A stretch of 63,564 nt of DNA, the filler included, from Stramenopiles sp. TOSAG23-3 (Eukaryota), in NCBI GenBank assembly GCA_900128585.1. It is 10 parts of 10 records of this genome, joined end to end, with 100 filler letters (N's around TTAATTAATTAA, not from the genome) between each part and the next. Parts side by side here need not be neighbours in the genome. Positions count along the whole stretch, not along the records: positions 13,931 to 20,783 come from LT643243.1; positions 20,884 to 27,729 come from LT643244.1; positions 27,830 to 34,672 come from LT643245.1; 7 more parts are not named here. One strand, 5' to 3'. Below the pieces are notes generated by a model. That model had not been told where the DNA came from, did not search any database, and saw nothing but the letters and a program-made list of their open reading frames with translations. How positions within the stretch are numbered: the first letter of the stretch is position 1; each line of letters starts with the position of its first letter. This document shows, piece by piece, positions 18,701 to 29,113 of the stretch. Made by a program: the position numbers and the translations under genes.

Positions 18701-20151
18701 AGAGGGTTGGGTCTTACGGGCTCTAAGCAGTCATTCAGCACGTTAAAGTATTGAATGTTGTCCTTGTAACCAACCAGCACTTGCAAGCCGCTCGGGTGAA
18801 ACGCAACGCAGTAGGGCTCGTCGGTTTCGTTGTAATGGGACACTTGGCACTCCCATATCGACTTTTCATTTACCGACCTCGAGCTTTCAAAAGCCCAGAC
18901 TTTGATGCACTTGTCCGCCCCACACGTCACCACGTGCGGCTTATTCTGGCATATGTCGATGTCTAGCACGCGGCCGGTATGGTAGCCGTGGTTCCTCATG
19001 GGGGTAAATGCGCCCTGCTCCGCCTCAAGCGTGTCAATATTTACAAGGGGAAACGTTATCAGCTGGTTGTCCGGTTGGGTGAACATCACGACTTTCTCAT
19101 CCAGCGGCGATATTGCCAAATTGGTGATCGTCAGGTGCTCCTGCTCCGTGTAAAAGTACTTGATTAGCATAAAGGGCTCTTTTCGATCGTCGGTGTGCTC
19201 GTACACGCACATGTACCCCCCGAGATCCGTCCCCGTTCCGGCGACGACAAAGCCTTTTTTGTACGTCTCGATGGTTTCAAAGCGGTGGGCCGCCTCCGGG
19301 CTGGTTTGAACCTTTAATGATTGGACGATCTCGCTCGACGTATCGTTGATTTCGAACACGTAGCAGTTGCCTTCGTTCGTCAGCGCCAAGAGCACCCCCT
19401 TGCTCCTCATCCATGCGTGGTCGACAAAGTGGGTCTTGCTTTCCGTCTTTCCCGGCAGCAGCGCCGACGATCTTAGGGATAGGTCTTTTTCCAAGCGCCA
19501 AAGCTTCAAATGCTGTGGCCCCGACGTGGTTATCATGGAGGCATCTGCGGGGTTAACGCGTATGCGTGACGCCGTCACCGGAGCTTTCGTGTGCGCAATC
19601 AGCTTCAGGTTGCTCCATTTCCAGTACACAATGTAGTTTTCTGGAGCGCTACCAAGGGCCACCAAGAATTTTGTGTCCTTGGTGAAGCAGCAGCTGATGA
19701 ACTGCCCTTTCATGTTCGGGAACGTGAGCGTTCGAAGGTGGGAGCCTTGGACTACGTGGTACACGCTCACTTGCCCGTGCGGCGATTTACCTTCTGCAAG
19801 CCGGGCCTTTTCGCAGAACGCCACACGCTTTCTATTGGGCGCCACGGCCATCCCTAGGATAGCTTCCACGTTGGGGTTCAGGTCAAAAAAGTCCATTTTG
19901 TGCTTGTCCAGCTGGTAGGAGCAGGCCTTTTTCCCTATGGGATGGATCACTTTGCTCTCTGCCAGGAAGCCTATGTTGTCACGAATGTGACCCGTCGGCC
20001 CGTACTTTGTCTCGTTCGCATATATCCCAAAACCATGCTCTACTTTTATTTCAACCGCAAGCTGCGTTGGTTTGCTCCCCAACGCGTCCGAAGACTTGGA
20101 AGCCCCCGCCTCCGACTTGGACTCTACCTTCCCTCCAAACTTTGACGACAT
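15796..20151 (-). CDS. CFAP57: Cilia- and flagella-associated protein 57 (WD40 + long coiled coil)
   Basis: WD40 region (HTGRVLDIDICQNKPHVVTCGADKCIKVW; VAFHPSGLQVLVG; LRFSPGGHLFA). Coiled coil with LENFKYVLNHRI and MEENSLLISECNSLRRE. ATG at 20151; intronless. Confidence 0.9.
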   Translation of the reverse strand: MSSKFGGKVESKSEAGASKSSDALGSKPTQLAVEIKVEHGFGIYANETKYGPTGHIRDNIGFLAESKVIHPIGKKACSYQLDKHKMDFFDLNPNVEAILGMAVAPNRKRVAFCEKARLAEGKSPHGQVSVYHVVQGSHLRTLTFPNMKGQFISCCFTKDTKFLVALGSAPENYIVYWKWSNLKLIAHTKAPVTASRIRVNPADASMITTSGPQHLKLWRLEKDLSLRSSALLPGKTESKTHFVDHAWMRSKGVLLALTNEGNCYVFEINDTSSEIVQSLKVQTSPEAAHRFETIETYKKGFVVAGTGTDLGGYMCVYEHTDDRKEPFMLIKYFYTEQEHLTITNLAISPLDEKVVMFTQPDNQLITFPLVNIDTLEAEQGAFTPMRNHGYHTGRVLDIDICQNKPHVVTCGADKCIKVWAFESSRSVNEKSIWECQVSHYNETDEPYCVAFHPSGLQVLVGYKDNIQYFNVLNDCLEPVRPNPLNVKNCKALRFSPGGHLFAASFGISIEIYNTYTFELVKTLMGHIRRVRSLSWYDNSFIYSTGEDGSVYGWNVETGKRVDETTIQMCAFSGIASDRERPIVCAAGNDKKLYEVRRNEQGETEYATCNILGEDLITEVVITNQNNAVIAGTATGCLRVYPWPLGKHADPTNYQEIKVHNGQINNLVVTNDDFYVLSCGDDGTIFATAIESAASMRSKTQGADPVHFNYNAVLVDNEKVYIKDKIIAGLRKEIEEMKSRNELEMAMQSKVWHDQLKQKTEEMDAAIAVERDRFETLNQRHEAYSREHMEEVDKRETNHIVSMQAIENEYEHRLAVEIARYDEVSEAMELQQQEVREEIEALRNSHMERLEKLEEQRVKEVNAGLQQIELLNDELKKNELEYNTILAQQTEDDDQEILELQKKREKDEEAYHDMVSKMTAMLHQQTDRCEKLQAKMEEVQEVAKVREQEYASLKKAYYDLQDMLKLQERQLDEREVSLQQKERTILGLRSKHSTLENFKYVLNHRIQMLSKEKGPVAEHIDALEKHIRDMYEELVNEFHDKKLTTRALGDSKMKMTGLQNDIKGLTSTLRDREREIMAFTHQLTTIINYVDPKEYESSMNDLYRTFVKKEKGKGRRTAKPSQPSEKKDGEGDANSATASSGKKSGGGGSSAEAQAAVMEANRQRDYMEKTVHTLKKTLKLAGKKMQRKSKMSMEENSLLISECNSLRRENLLQKRKLEELKSELNMALGKVDNGSALDNVHWRKLPEPEGPPPVYDPRTNSAWSTASGGSMSFGLGPESSGSVAPPDSPMAQPSPARNSSTAQLPTRAIKSRSGIPSRQTFTAPKPRPISSRGQLIRGSTRPLMETASAKTRVSHMLEQLEDNNQELEMQRLEIKRLRDQVHGLVHHIERQTLNSSPTQLSPSASDGESGDNLPKLETRNGSNSRGYSRASGGMPGQPPALVIKSQSTPALR

Positions 20152-20884
20152 TTGGCTGTATATATTGCAAAAGTGGTGCACTCCCTAACAGTATATAAAT
20201 ACTAACCACCAATGAGCGAATTCAATAGTATCTCAAACAAACAAATTCCCTATTTTTCTCTTGTGATTAATTCTCTCATATCTTTCATTTCTTTCTATTC
20301 TTTCTTTCTATTCTTTCTATTCTTTCTTTCTTCTTCTTCGCAAAAAAAAACAAAAAAATAATAATAATAATAAGGAAGGACGGCTGGCGTTACCAACAAA
20401 TAAAAAAAACAAAAAAACAAAAGTAGTAGTAGGAGAAGAAGAGGGTCTGACCTTCCTTGTTATATTTATTATAATACGAAGTATGAGCATTATGTGTTAT
20501 GTAGTATGTATGTACGGTATTCCTGTACCAGTAGAACGGAAGGAAGGGATTTAATTAATACGATTATGTTGGATGTTGTGAACGTCTATATTCTATTCTA
20601 TTCTTCTTCTTCTTCTTCTTTTATTTATTTATTATTATTTTATCAATAGTCCTCCAGTTCGTCGTCTCTTCTAGCTTATTTATTATAAGGTAGATAGTAG
20701 TAGCACAGCAGTTAAAACTATTTTCTATTCTTCTCTTTTTTTCTACGTGATGTAATTTCTTCAACGGTAAAAAGAAAGAAAAANNNNNNNNNNNNNNNNN
20801 NNNNNNNNNNNNNNNNNNNNNNNNNNNTTAATTAATTAANNNNNNNNNNNNNNNNNNNNNNNNNNNNNNNNNNNNNNNNNNNNG

Positions 20885-21469
20885 GCGAGCCTCTCCACCA
20901 GTGTCGTGAAAAAAATAAACGTTGTTGGGATATGCGGTTCGCTGCGTGCTCAGTCCTGCAACGCTGGCCTTCTACGCCATGCTGTGCAGGTTGCTGCTGC
21001 GCGCGATGACGTTGTAATGACAACATTTGATATTGGCGCTCTTCCGCTGTACAACCAGGATCTTGACGGTGAGGACGCGCCGGAGGTAGCCAAAAACTGG
21101 AAAGCGGCCGTGCAGCAAGCGGACGCCGTCTTCTTTGCGTGCCCCGAATACAACTATTCAATGAGCGGTGCACTTAAGAACGCGCTGGACTGGCCGTCCA
21201 AGTTCCCGTCCCAGCTCTGGAAAGGCAAGGTTGGCGCAATTGTTGGCGCGGGTGGGGGAGCAGGATCCGCAAGAGGCCAACTTGCGCTTCGCCAGAGCGG
21301 CGTCTTTCTGGACATCACGTTTGTAAACACACCAGAAGTGTGCATCCAACGGTTCAGCGACAAAACCGCGTTCGATGCAGAAGGTAACCTTGTCGGTGAA
21401 AAGTGGCAGGAGCGCGTCGAAAACATTTTCGATCGTATGGTTGGTCTAGCAGTAAAAATCAGAGACTGA
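20885..21469 (+). CDS. NADPH-dependent FMN reductase (ChrR/NQR-like flavoprotein), probably 5' truncated
   Basis: GICGSLRAQSCN; LPLYNQD; PEYNYSMSGALKNALDW; GSARGQLALRQ. Frame is open to the contig start. Confidence 0.93.
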   Translation, partial: ASLSTSVVKKINVVGICGSLRAQSCNAGLLRHAVQVAAARDDVVMTTFDIGALPLYNQDLDGEDAPEVAKNWKAAVQQADAVFFACPEYNYSMSGALKNALDWPSKFPSQLWKGKVGAIVGAGGGAGSARGQLALRQSGVFLDITFVNTPEVCIQRFSDKTAFDAEGNLVGEKWQERVENIFDRMVGLAVKIRD

Positions 21470-21794
21470 TAATCCGAAATTATAAAGAACTACTCGTACG
21501 AGATGAACAAAGAATGTTTACAAATACTCTGTTGGTTATTACAGATATGATATCTTATGAATACTGTAAAAACAAAAAACTGGCTGTATGTAAAAACAAA
21601 TTTTAGTAGTAGCTTATTATATGTAAAAAAAACAAATTAATATATCTAGTATGTTTTATTATGTATATTAATGTGAAAGAAAACAAGAAACCTTAAAATA
21701 AGAATTACCATTAATAGTTTAGTTTTAAGAAAACTAATTTAGTCTATCTTCTACATTTACTTTCGTAATCGTGAAGATAAGTTGTTTTACTTAA

Positions 21795-21819
21795 ATAACA
21801 GCCAATTTTCTTGTTTTTA
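21795..21819 (-). promoter_or_regulatory. 25-bp 3'-flank motif, copy 3
   Basis: Exact reverse-complement copy about 110 nt past the stop of the minus-strand carrier gene, on a different contig from copies 1 and 2. Confidence 0.6.
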
Positions 21820-21927
21820 AGTTGTACAGAATGTACCGAATTTATTTTACTTTCGTTTAAGCATGAACACATCTCTTGTTAAATTTAACAATCGAGGTCG
21901 AACATCGAACGTGGCCACACTTCTGCT

Positions 21928-23301
21928 TCAATCACCCAATCGCCCGAGGACATAGTCGCGGCAAACGACGGAGACGGCCACTGCGGGGGCAACTTTCATC
22001 ATAGTTGGCACAATGCCAGCGTACAGCCCTCGAAAGCCGTCCGCTTTGGCGACTGACCGCAGCGCGAGCCAAGTGTACAGGCGCACACCAGCTCCGGCAG
22101 GGGATTGGTTGTTCGTTGGGATCTTATCCAGCTGAATCCTCCTGCGAACCACGTCCAGTGGGTACACAACGCACTGGGCGCACAAACCTGCCAAAGCCCC
22201 AAACCCTAGAAACGAGCCCACCGACGGTTCAACGTACCCGCCGTTGATGAACACTTGCTTCAAGACATCGTACGACGCCTGCTGCAGCCCTATAAACGGC
22301 GCTACGGCGAACAAGGTCGACTGCATGCCCTTATAGAGTGCCCTCGACCCTCCCTTTTCTACAATCGATTTCGCAACTTGCCGGATCGACTGCGTCTCCG
22401 AGGTCGCTTTTACCGTTTGCTTCGCCCGGATAACATCCAATGGGTACGTCAAAGCGGTGGCACACACGCCGGCCAGCCCACCAGCCACAGCACGCCATAC
22501 GGGCTCCATCGGGTCCAACTCGCTGTCACATGGCAGATACTTTACAAATCTTGAGTAAAAGACGCAGGACATTCCGGCAAAAGGAAAGACGCGAAGACAA
22601 TTTGTGAAATTTCCAGCAAAGAGTCCAGACGCGATGCCTTCTTTCGCAGCAATGTTCCGCATGGATTGAAAGACCCCGGCGTTGCCCAATGTCCCCGTTT
22701 GGGCCTGCAATTTCACTCGCTCCAGCGGTGCCGTGAACGTGCGCGAGCAAATTCCACCGAAGCCACCTGCCACTAAGAATTGACCCAGGGGGAGATCTTT
22801 CGGTGGAATTGGAGGCGCCAGATCGCTTCCCACATCGCTACCAGCACTGTGAACCCACGCCCGCGCAACACTCTCGAGAGTGGCGTTTGGAATCCCAGAA
22901 AATATTTCACTAAACTCCTCCAAAGACACATACCCATCCGAATTTAAATCCACCCGCTTCACCATCTTTCGAACATCGCTGCGGGTCACATGAATATGCA
23001 TGGACACCAACGCCCTGTGCAGCTCCTCCTCCGTGATAGAGCCAGAATTGTCTTCGTCTATGCCCTCGAAAACACCTCGCAAATGCGCAGCGTCGAAAAG
23101 TTTCCGGAACTCTGAAAAGTCAATCGTCCCGGAACTGTCCAAATCGGCCGTCCGCATTAATTCGGAAAGTTCCTCGTCGGACTGGTGAATCCCTAACTCG
23201 CGAATGCAGGACTTAAACCCTTCCAAGTCTACATTTCCATCCGCACCCTTGTAGACAGCAAAGGCCGTCTGCAACTCAGCAGTTGTCTTGTGTTTTCCCA
23301 T
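21928..23301 (-). CDS. EF-hand calcium-binding mitochondrial carrier (SCaMC/ATP-Mg:Pi carrier family)
   Basis: EF-hands DLDSSGTIDFSEF, DEDNSGSITEEEL, DLNSDGYVSLEEF. Three carrier signatures PLERVK, PLDVIR, PLDVVR. Confidence 0.93.
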   Translation of the reverse strand: MGKHKTTAELQTAFAVYKGADGNVDLEGFKSCIRELGIHQSDEELSELMRTADLDSSGTIDFSEFRKLFDAAHLRGVFEGIDEDNSGSITEEELHRALVSMHIHVTRSDVRKMVKRVDLNSDGYVSLEEFSEIFSGIPNATLESVARAWVHSAGSDVGSDLAPPIPPKDLPLGQFLVAGGFGGICSRTFTAPLERVKLQAQTGTLGNAGVFQSMRNIAAKEGIASGLFAGNFTNCLRVFPFAGMSCVFYSRFVKYLPCDSELDPMEPVWRAVAGGLAGVCATALTYPLDVIRAKQTVKATSETQSIRQVAKSIVEKGGSRALYKGMQSTLFAVAPFIGLQQASYDVLKQVFINGGYVEPSVGSFLGFGALAGLCAQCVVYPLDVVRRRIQLDKIPTNNQSPAGAGVRLYTWLALRSVAKADGFRGLYAGIVPTMMKVAPAVAVSVVCRDYVLGRLGD

Positions 23302-23960
23302 TTCAATATGGAAACCTGCCTGCTATATCGGCAACGGGGACGGTATGGGATACCTAACAACGCGGGAGTCCACCGGTGACTTGGTTTGGCGTTCCTTTCC
23401 TTTTAACTCTGAATTAGCATGGTGCAGAAGACTGGCAACGTACTAGAATGTGAACTTTTTCAGTATTTATATTTATAGTAGAGTGATAAAATGATTTATT
23501 GTTTGCTTCTTCTTCTTGCCTGCGTAGCCTCTTCTTAATTAATAATAATAATATGTAATTATTATGACGAAAATTGACTAATAATAATTAATAAATATTT
23601 GGAATCGAATATAGAGAAGAATGAATTTGTATGTTGTGTACCTGTACACGTACACTGTACAATGTATCTATAATAAACACAATAAAAAAACAACGAATTG
23701 TTTCATATTTTTTTTTATACCATTCCATTCCAGGTGTGGTGTAAATACAATTTTCAGAAACAAAAACAAAAACGGTAGAACAGATATAAAATAAGCTTCT
23801 TGTATATTAATCTGTAATTTTTACCCAATATATTTATAACTAAATTGTAAGAAAGAAAAATCAGACCAAAACAATACGTGCGTGAGCACCGAACAGTTTG
23901 CAATAATTTTCAAAACAATTTGATGTTTTGAAACCACCACGGTATTTTCAAACTATAAAA

Positions 23961-25352
23961 ATGATCCGTTTTCCATTCAGTCGGATACAAGTCCCATTAA
24001 CGTCCGTCATTCGTGACCGTCGGGTGGTTGCGATATGGAACATCTTGTACATTATAGCATGTGCTGTGTCCGTAATAGTCTTTGTCTTCTCAATTAAAGG
24101 CTGGTCGGCCAAAGCAAGTGTTACTGTTAATGGAAACATGTGGATGTCGGAGCATGCCGCCAGTACCGGGGAGGGTGAAAATGCGTATTGCGGAAACAAA
24201 GATTTTGATTACACGTACGACCACGACTTTCGCTACGCCAATATTAGTTGCGTCAACCTCACTGCAAACGAAATTCTTTCGAAAGGGAATGGCTTCCCGG
24301 GGGCCTACTTTGTGACTACAATGTTGCACACACAATTTTTAAAGAAGAAACTTAATTGTAGCAACAGCCCAAGCACCGGGTCGGCGGTATGCAAAGAGAA
24401 AAACGCCAAAGAAGTAGGCCCCGCCCAAGCACAGTTCGTGTCGGGCCTTGAACATTACTTGCTATCCAGTAAAATTTTTGCAAAAGTTGAGCAAGAAATA
24501 CTGTTTGGTGCAGATATATACGCATCCACCCCAAGTGGAGAGCTAAAGCTGCTGAGCCAAGCCTCAAACATGATGATTAGCATGCAAGTCTGGGAATGGC
24601 TCAACGTGTTTGAAATTAAAAGTTTAGATGAGAACAGCACAGAAATCAACAAAATATTTTCAACGGATGCATCTATAGGAGACGCACGCTACCGCATGAC
24701 CGGGCTGAACATGTACATCAGAGTAGAGGTTGCAAATATCGCCAGCTACTTCTCGTTTCCTGGGAAGCCTTTCATTATTTTGTATTTAGACGTGGGAAAG
24801 TCGTGGCAAAGGGTCACCTACCGAGGGGAGCCGGTAGGACTGGAAGGGTACAGCAAGTTGGTAGATGCGTATGGTCTTAGGTTTCTATGGGAGACTCTGG
24901 AAACGCAAGTGTACATTTTTTCATGGCGAAATAGTTTCATCTCCACCCTCGATGTGCTTATATTTTTTGAAGTGGTCAGAGTATTGGCGTCGTTTGCGTT
25001 CATGCGCCTGTTTGGAAAAGACTCACAAAAATGGCGCGGCTCGATTGAGCGCACGATGGAAGAACAGGTGTACCTTTCCGACACCGTTCGCGCGGCGCAC
25101 AGGCGAAGCGTTCTGGCAAACTCTAGACTTGCAGCGGAGACGCGTGAAGAAGAACTGTCTTACGAGCACTTCCGCTTGACGAAAAGCGGAAGTAAAAGGA
25201 AAACCGTGCCGCCCGTCTCTTTCGACGGTGCCTTGTCGCCAGAATCGAAAGCACCCCCGCCATACGGCCCCTCGCAGGAGACTACAAATTCCCTGCACGT
25301 TCGAAAGTCTGAACTTTTGCCCGTTGGAACGCCCTCGAAATACATCATATGA
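23961..25352 (+). CDS. Divergent P2X-receptor-like channel
   Basis: Two TM segments flanking an ectodomain. VIRDRR before TM1; YCGNKDFDYTY..C..EILSKG..FVTT; YRMTG; YGLRF before TM2. Confidence 0.7.
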   Translation: MIRFPFSRIQVPLTSVIRDRRVVAIWNILYIIACAVSVIVFVFSIKGWSAKASVTVNGNMWMSEHAASTGEGENAYCGNKDFDYTYDHDFRYANISCVNLTANEILSKGNGFPGAYFVTTMLHTQFLKKKLNCSNSPSTGSAVCKEKNAKEVGPAQAQFVSGLEHYLLSSKIFAKVEQEILFGADIYASTPSGELKLLSQASNMMISMQVWEWLNVFEIKSLDENSTEINKIFSTDASIGDARYRMTGLNMYIRVEVANIASYFSFPGKPFIILYLDVGKSWQRVTYRGEPVGLEGYSKLVDAYGLRFLWETLETQVYIFSWRNSFISTLDVLIFFEVVRVLASFAFMRLFGKDSQKWRGSIERTMEEQVYLSDTVRAAHRRSVLANSRLAAETREEELSYEHFRLTKSGSKRKTVPPVSFDGALSPESKAPPPYGPSQETTNSLHVRKSELLPVGTPSKYII

Positions 25353-25645
25353 CTGGCAGTACTATAAGAAGACAATGTTGATCCATAAAACTTTGAAGAT
25401 TAAACAGCATTTGTTAAACTTTTTAAGCTAAGCTTTCAAGATTTACTCAATTACGCTTACGTATCAGAACTAATTTAAGAACTCTTTATAAAATGGTCTT
25501 TTATGTTGTATGTAAGTTATGTATATGGATCATACGTGTGTAGTAAATGGTCTCAAAATTTAGAGTGGCGCGTGTGGTGTTAGCTTTATAATCACTGCAC
25601 GCGCTTCCCGATGTTATTCGCACCCCATTCCCTTCAACCAAACAC

Positions 25646-26194
25646 TCAAAGAACATCCCGAGCTGGTATAATGCCATCGTACCCGAGCACTCCCATCGTG
25701 CCTGGGTCATGTTTAAAATTTTGTGAAAAGTTGCAGTCGAGCTTTGCACCGTTGGAAACGGAAACGGCTGCATATACCAAGCCTCTAACACCACGTATTC
25801 GTTCTTTTACTAACTCTTCCCCATTGTGGAAAAATCTCAACGATGCTGTGTCAAGATCGATGGCTACCCCAATGATATCATCTACTTTAAACCTGTCGTG
25901 CGATTTCAGACCCCAGCTTTTCTTGGTTGCCCCCAGGTGACCGCCGAGGGCTTTTGAGCGCTGGGAGACTCCAACACAAAACTTTCCTTCACTTTTTACT
26001 AAAATTTCATAAAATGCACGGCTTTGGTGGATAGCGGCAGTGCACAACGCCGTGCCAGAACCGCTAACATTAAAATTGCTCACTTTGACTTTCTGGCCAT
26101 GCCACTTTTTGTCGAGAACAACCACCGGATTGTTATTGAGCTCCTCGTACCGCTCTTTTCCGCCGAGCCCCATTGCTTTGCAACATTGCCCCAT
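25646..26194 (-). CDS. SPRYD7: SPRY domain-containing protein 7
   Basis: LDKKWHGQKV..VSGSGTALCTAAIHQSRAFYEI..DIIGVAID..YAAVSVSNGAKLDCNF. MGQCC acylation-type N-terminus. Confidence 0.85.
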   Translation of the reverse strand: MGQCCKAMGLGGKERYEELNNNPVVVLDKKWHGQKVKVSNFNVSGSGTALCTAAIHQSRAFYEILVKSEGKFCVGVSQRSKALGGHLGATKKSWGLKSHDRFKVDDIIGVAIDLDTASLRFFHNGEELVKERIRGVRGLVYAAVSVSNGAKLDCNFSQNFKHDPGTMGVLGYDGIIPARDVL

Positions 26195-26965
26195 AGTATA
26201 TATATAAGATTAGCACCCTGGTATATCGTACCCTTTACCGTATTTTCGCTTTGAGTCTGGTGCCTTCCATAAAAGAGAATCTTCTATGTACGACTTTCAT
26301 ACGTACGTTTCACAACACTTTTGGACTATGCTATACTACATTTACAAACATATACTAAATTAACTTTTTTACAAACATATAATAGTAGTTTGGTATAATT
26401 TAAAATAATAATAATATATAATAATGATGATATTATTACAAAGGTAATTTAAATTAGAATACAACATCATTATTTTTTTAGTTGTAGTAGCTAGACTACC
26501 GGTACTATATCTTATACTAGACGACTAAATACTATTTTTAAATCGTCTCCTCTTTATCCTCCTCTCATCTTCTCAGAGGATCCTCTCCGCCACCACCGCC
26601 GGTTGGTTTATTTTCTAGTCTCTATTTAGCACTATTATCGCGATCACCACATCTCATCACATCATTTCAAGCTTCTACAACTCTATACCGTACGGTATCT
26701 ATATAGGTACACAGCCTACGGCTAGATGAGGATATCTCTCGTTGTCTGGATGTAAGCTAATATACTATAAAGCGTTAATGGAGTTAAGCAGAAATAATCC
26801 TTTGCTATTTCTTCTTCATCATATGGTATTATTAAAAAAACAACAAACAGATAACATTTTCTTGGTGTTGAGGAGTACATAAAAAAAGATAACAACTTAA
26901 AACCCATCAGCAATATACAACTTACAACACCTTCTCTTCAAACCCGCCATGAACCATGCAGTTTT

Positions 26966-27727
26966 TCACCAGACGCACGGAGAAGTTCCTCGCGGTGGCC
27001 GTTTGTACTCCAATTTTACTGCAGGGGAGAACGCAAAGTCAATTTGGGAATGAGGTTGTACTTGGGTGGAACAGAGGCGCCTTGTTTTTGTACCGTCGAC
27101 CAACGGCTTGCTTTTGTTTATGCAGTCCGTTTGGGCAGCGACTTTCATCATACCGTGATGGTCCCCGTGCGTCACAGGGATCTTCCAGCCTTTGATTTCG
27201 TCCGCGCGCTGGTACCACTCTTTCGGTGGTGGCGTACTGTGGATTTTGGGATCGTACTCAATGAAGTACGTGTTTGGCCACCGTTTCTTTTTTGTATGGT
27301 ACACGTCCATGTACCCAGGTGCGTGCGGGTTGTGTTCGTCCAACCAGTTTACGGAGGTCTTCTTGTCCGGTTGAACGTCTCGATCTGCAAACTTTGCAAT
27401 TTTGGAGGGCTTGAGGCGTTGCTCATCTAGCTGCGACAACTGCTCCAGGGGGTGGGCATCTCCGCGATGCTCGTCGTCTTTCCTGGCCGTAATCTTCCCC
27501 GTAATCTTGAACTTCTTCAAGTGATCGTCGGGAAGCAAATATCGCTGGGCAGTTCTCAGGTGGTCCTCTATGTAGTTTTCGACCTCTGGCCCAGCTATGG
27601 CCTCAAACAATTCCCCAAACGAGAGCTCTCCGTCGCCATTTTTGTCAATAACTTTCATCAGCGCGCCAACTTCGTCATCATCCAAGTTGAAGTTTAAGAA
27701 CTTGTTCAAACCGTTCTTGATTTCCTG
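26966..27727 (-). CDS. EF-hand protein, 5' truncated
   Basis: IDKNGDGELSFGEL. Frame is open to the contig end. Confidence 0.75.
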   Translation of the reverse strand, partial: QEIKNGLNKFLNFNLDDDEVGALMKVIDKNGDGELSFGELFEAIAGPEVENYIEDHLRTAQRYLLPDDHLKKFKITGKITARKDDEHRGDAHPLEQLSQLDEQRLKPSKIAKFADRDVQPDKKTSVNWLDEHNPHAPGYMDVYHTKKKRWPNTYFIEYDPKIHSTPPPKEWYQRADEIKGWKIPVTHGDHHGMMKVAAQTDCINKSKPLVDGTKTRRLCSTQVQPHSQIDFAFSPAVKLEYKRPPRGTSPCVW

Positions 27728-28249
27728 GGNNNNNNNNNNNNNNNNNNNNNNNNNNNNNNNNNNNNNNNNNNNNTTAATTAATTAANNNNNNNNNNNNNNN
27801 NNNNNNNNNNNNNNNNNNNNNNNNNNNNNTGGTATTTATGATGATATATAATATTATGGCATCATCATGACAAAATCTGACTTTTTGTTTTTTTGCTGCC
27901 TTTTTTCACAGGCAACAAAAATTAAGGGAAATTACCATATCACATAAAAATAGTAGTAGGTGATATTTAGTAAGTATACCTTAATTATAGATATTTTTAT
28001 CCGGTAATTTGTGGTTTCATTTTTGTTGTTGTTGCGCTTTTTTTAGGATTTTGAACGATGAATGCAGTTGAAATGACATGATGATTGTGTGTCTTTTCAA
28101 TGGAGAGAAATGTTGAATTATTGAATACACATTGGGTAACAAATGAAAGGATTCATTTTCTATAATTGGGCAAGGTCGATTGATTGTTTTATTTAATTTG
28201 TGAAACCAGAACTTCATCATCGCTTTGTCTTGCCGTATTATATATTGCA

Positions 28250-28882
28250 ATGGTGTATTTTGCTGGACCCCCGCCGGCGCGTAAGAGAACGCCACATCAG
28301 AAGATCTCCGTTGGTAGGTACAATGTCGACGGGACTGGGCGAGACTTGATGTCGCTGTTTCCCGTACCTCGTATAATGCCGTACACTGCGAAAGTATACC
28401 ATGCATTGAAACCTGTGAGCAATCGTGTCGCCCCAAAGACATACGGTGCCGAACGTCCCAAACCGTCTGGGTCCGGGAGAGACTCGTTTGTATGGAAACA
28501 CTGGGACAACAACAAACCTCCAGGATTCCGTCCTACAGAAACCCCATGGGCCCGGAACTCTACTGCACCATGGGCAAACGATCGCATGGCAAAGCGACCG
28601 CCAAAAAAACGACTAAATTATAACGCAAAATCCGCAGAAGCAAAGAGGCAGAGGCAAAAATTTCTTATTCAACAACAGTACATGAAGATTCTTACATTAT
28701 CCCCGAGGCAACAAAAGTGTGCGAATGCAAGGCAGCGGCCAAACACTTCTCAGCCGCGCAAACGCAGCCCGCGTCACTGGCCCATGAAGCCGAACCAAGG
28801 GCCTGCTGGTTCAATACCTAGAGGCTTACGATGTAAGCGCCCAGAGACTCCAGGCGGACGAAATACAACTCCGTGGGTTTGA
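28250..28882 (+). CDS. Basic Pro/Arg-rich hypothetical protein with two G(T/S)GRD motifs
   Basis: YNVDGTGRD and PSGSGRDSFV. GC-richer ORF within AT-rich flanks. Confidence 0.65.
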   Translation: MVYFAGPPPARKRTPHQKISVGRYNVDGTGRDLMSLFPVPRIMPYTAKVYHALKPVSNRVAPKTYGAERPKPSGSGRDSFVWKHWDNNKPPGFRPTETPWARNSTAPWANDRMAKRPPKKRLNYNAKSAEAKRQRQKFLIQQQYMKILTLSPRQQKCANARQRPNTSQPRKRSPRHWPMKPNQGPAGSIPRGLRCKRPETPGGRNTTPWV

Positions 28883-29113
28883 GAAGAGAAGCATGAACAA
28901 ACTGATAATTAACGATTAGGAAACTAGTTATTAAAAACACAATTTTAGTTACAGCATTCGTACTGCCATCTGTGTTATTAGTAATTTAAAATTGAATAGA
29001 AACACGATATGTAAGGTTTATTTTTATAAGTAAAATAATTTTAACCTGGGCGCGTGAAAAAACGTTTGTGGGAGAATGAATCCCTGGTGAAATGTTTCTG
29101 CGTCGCTCTAACT

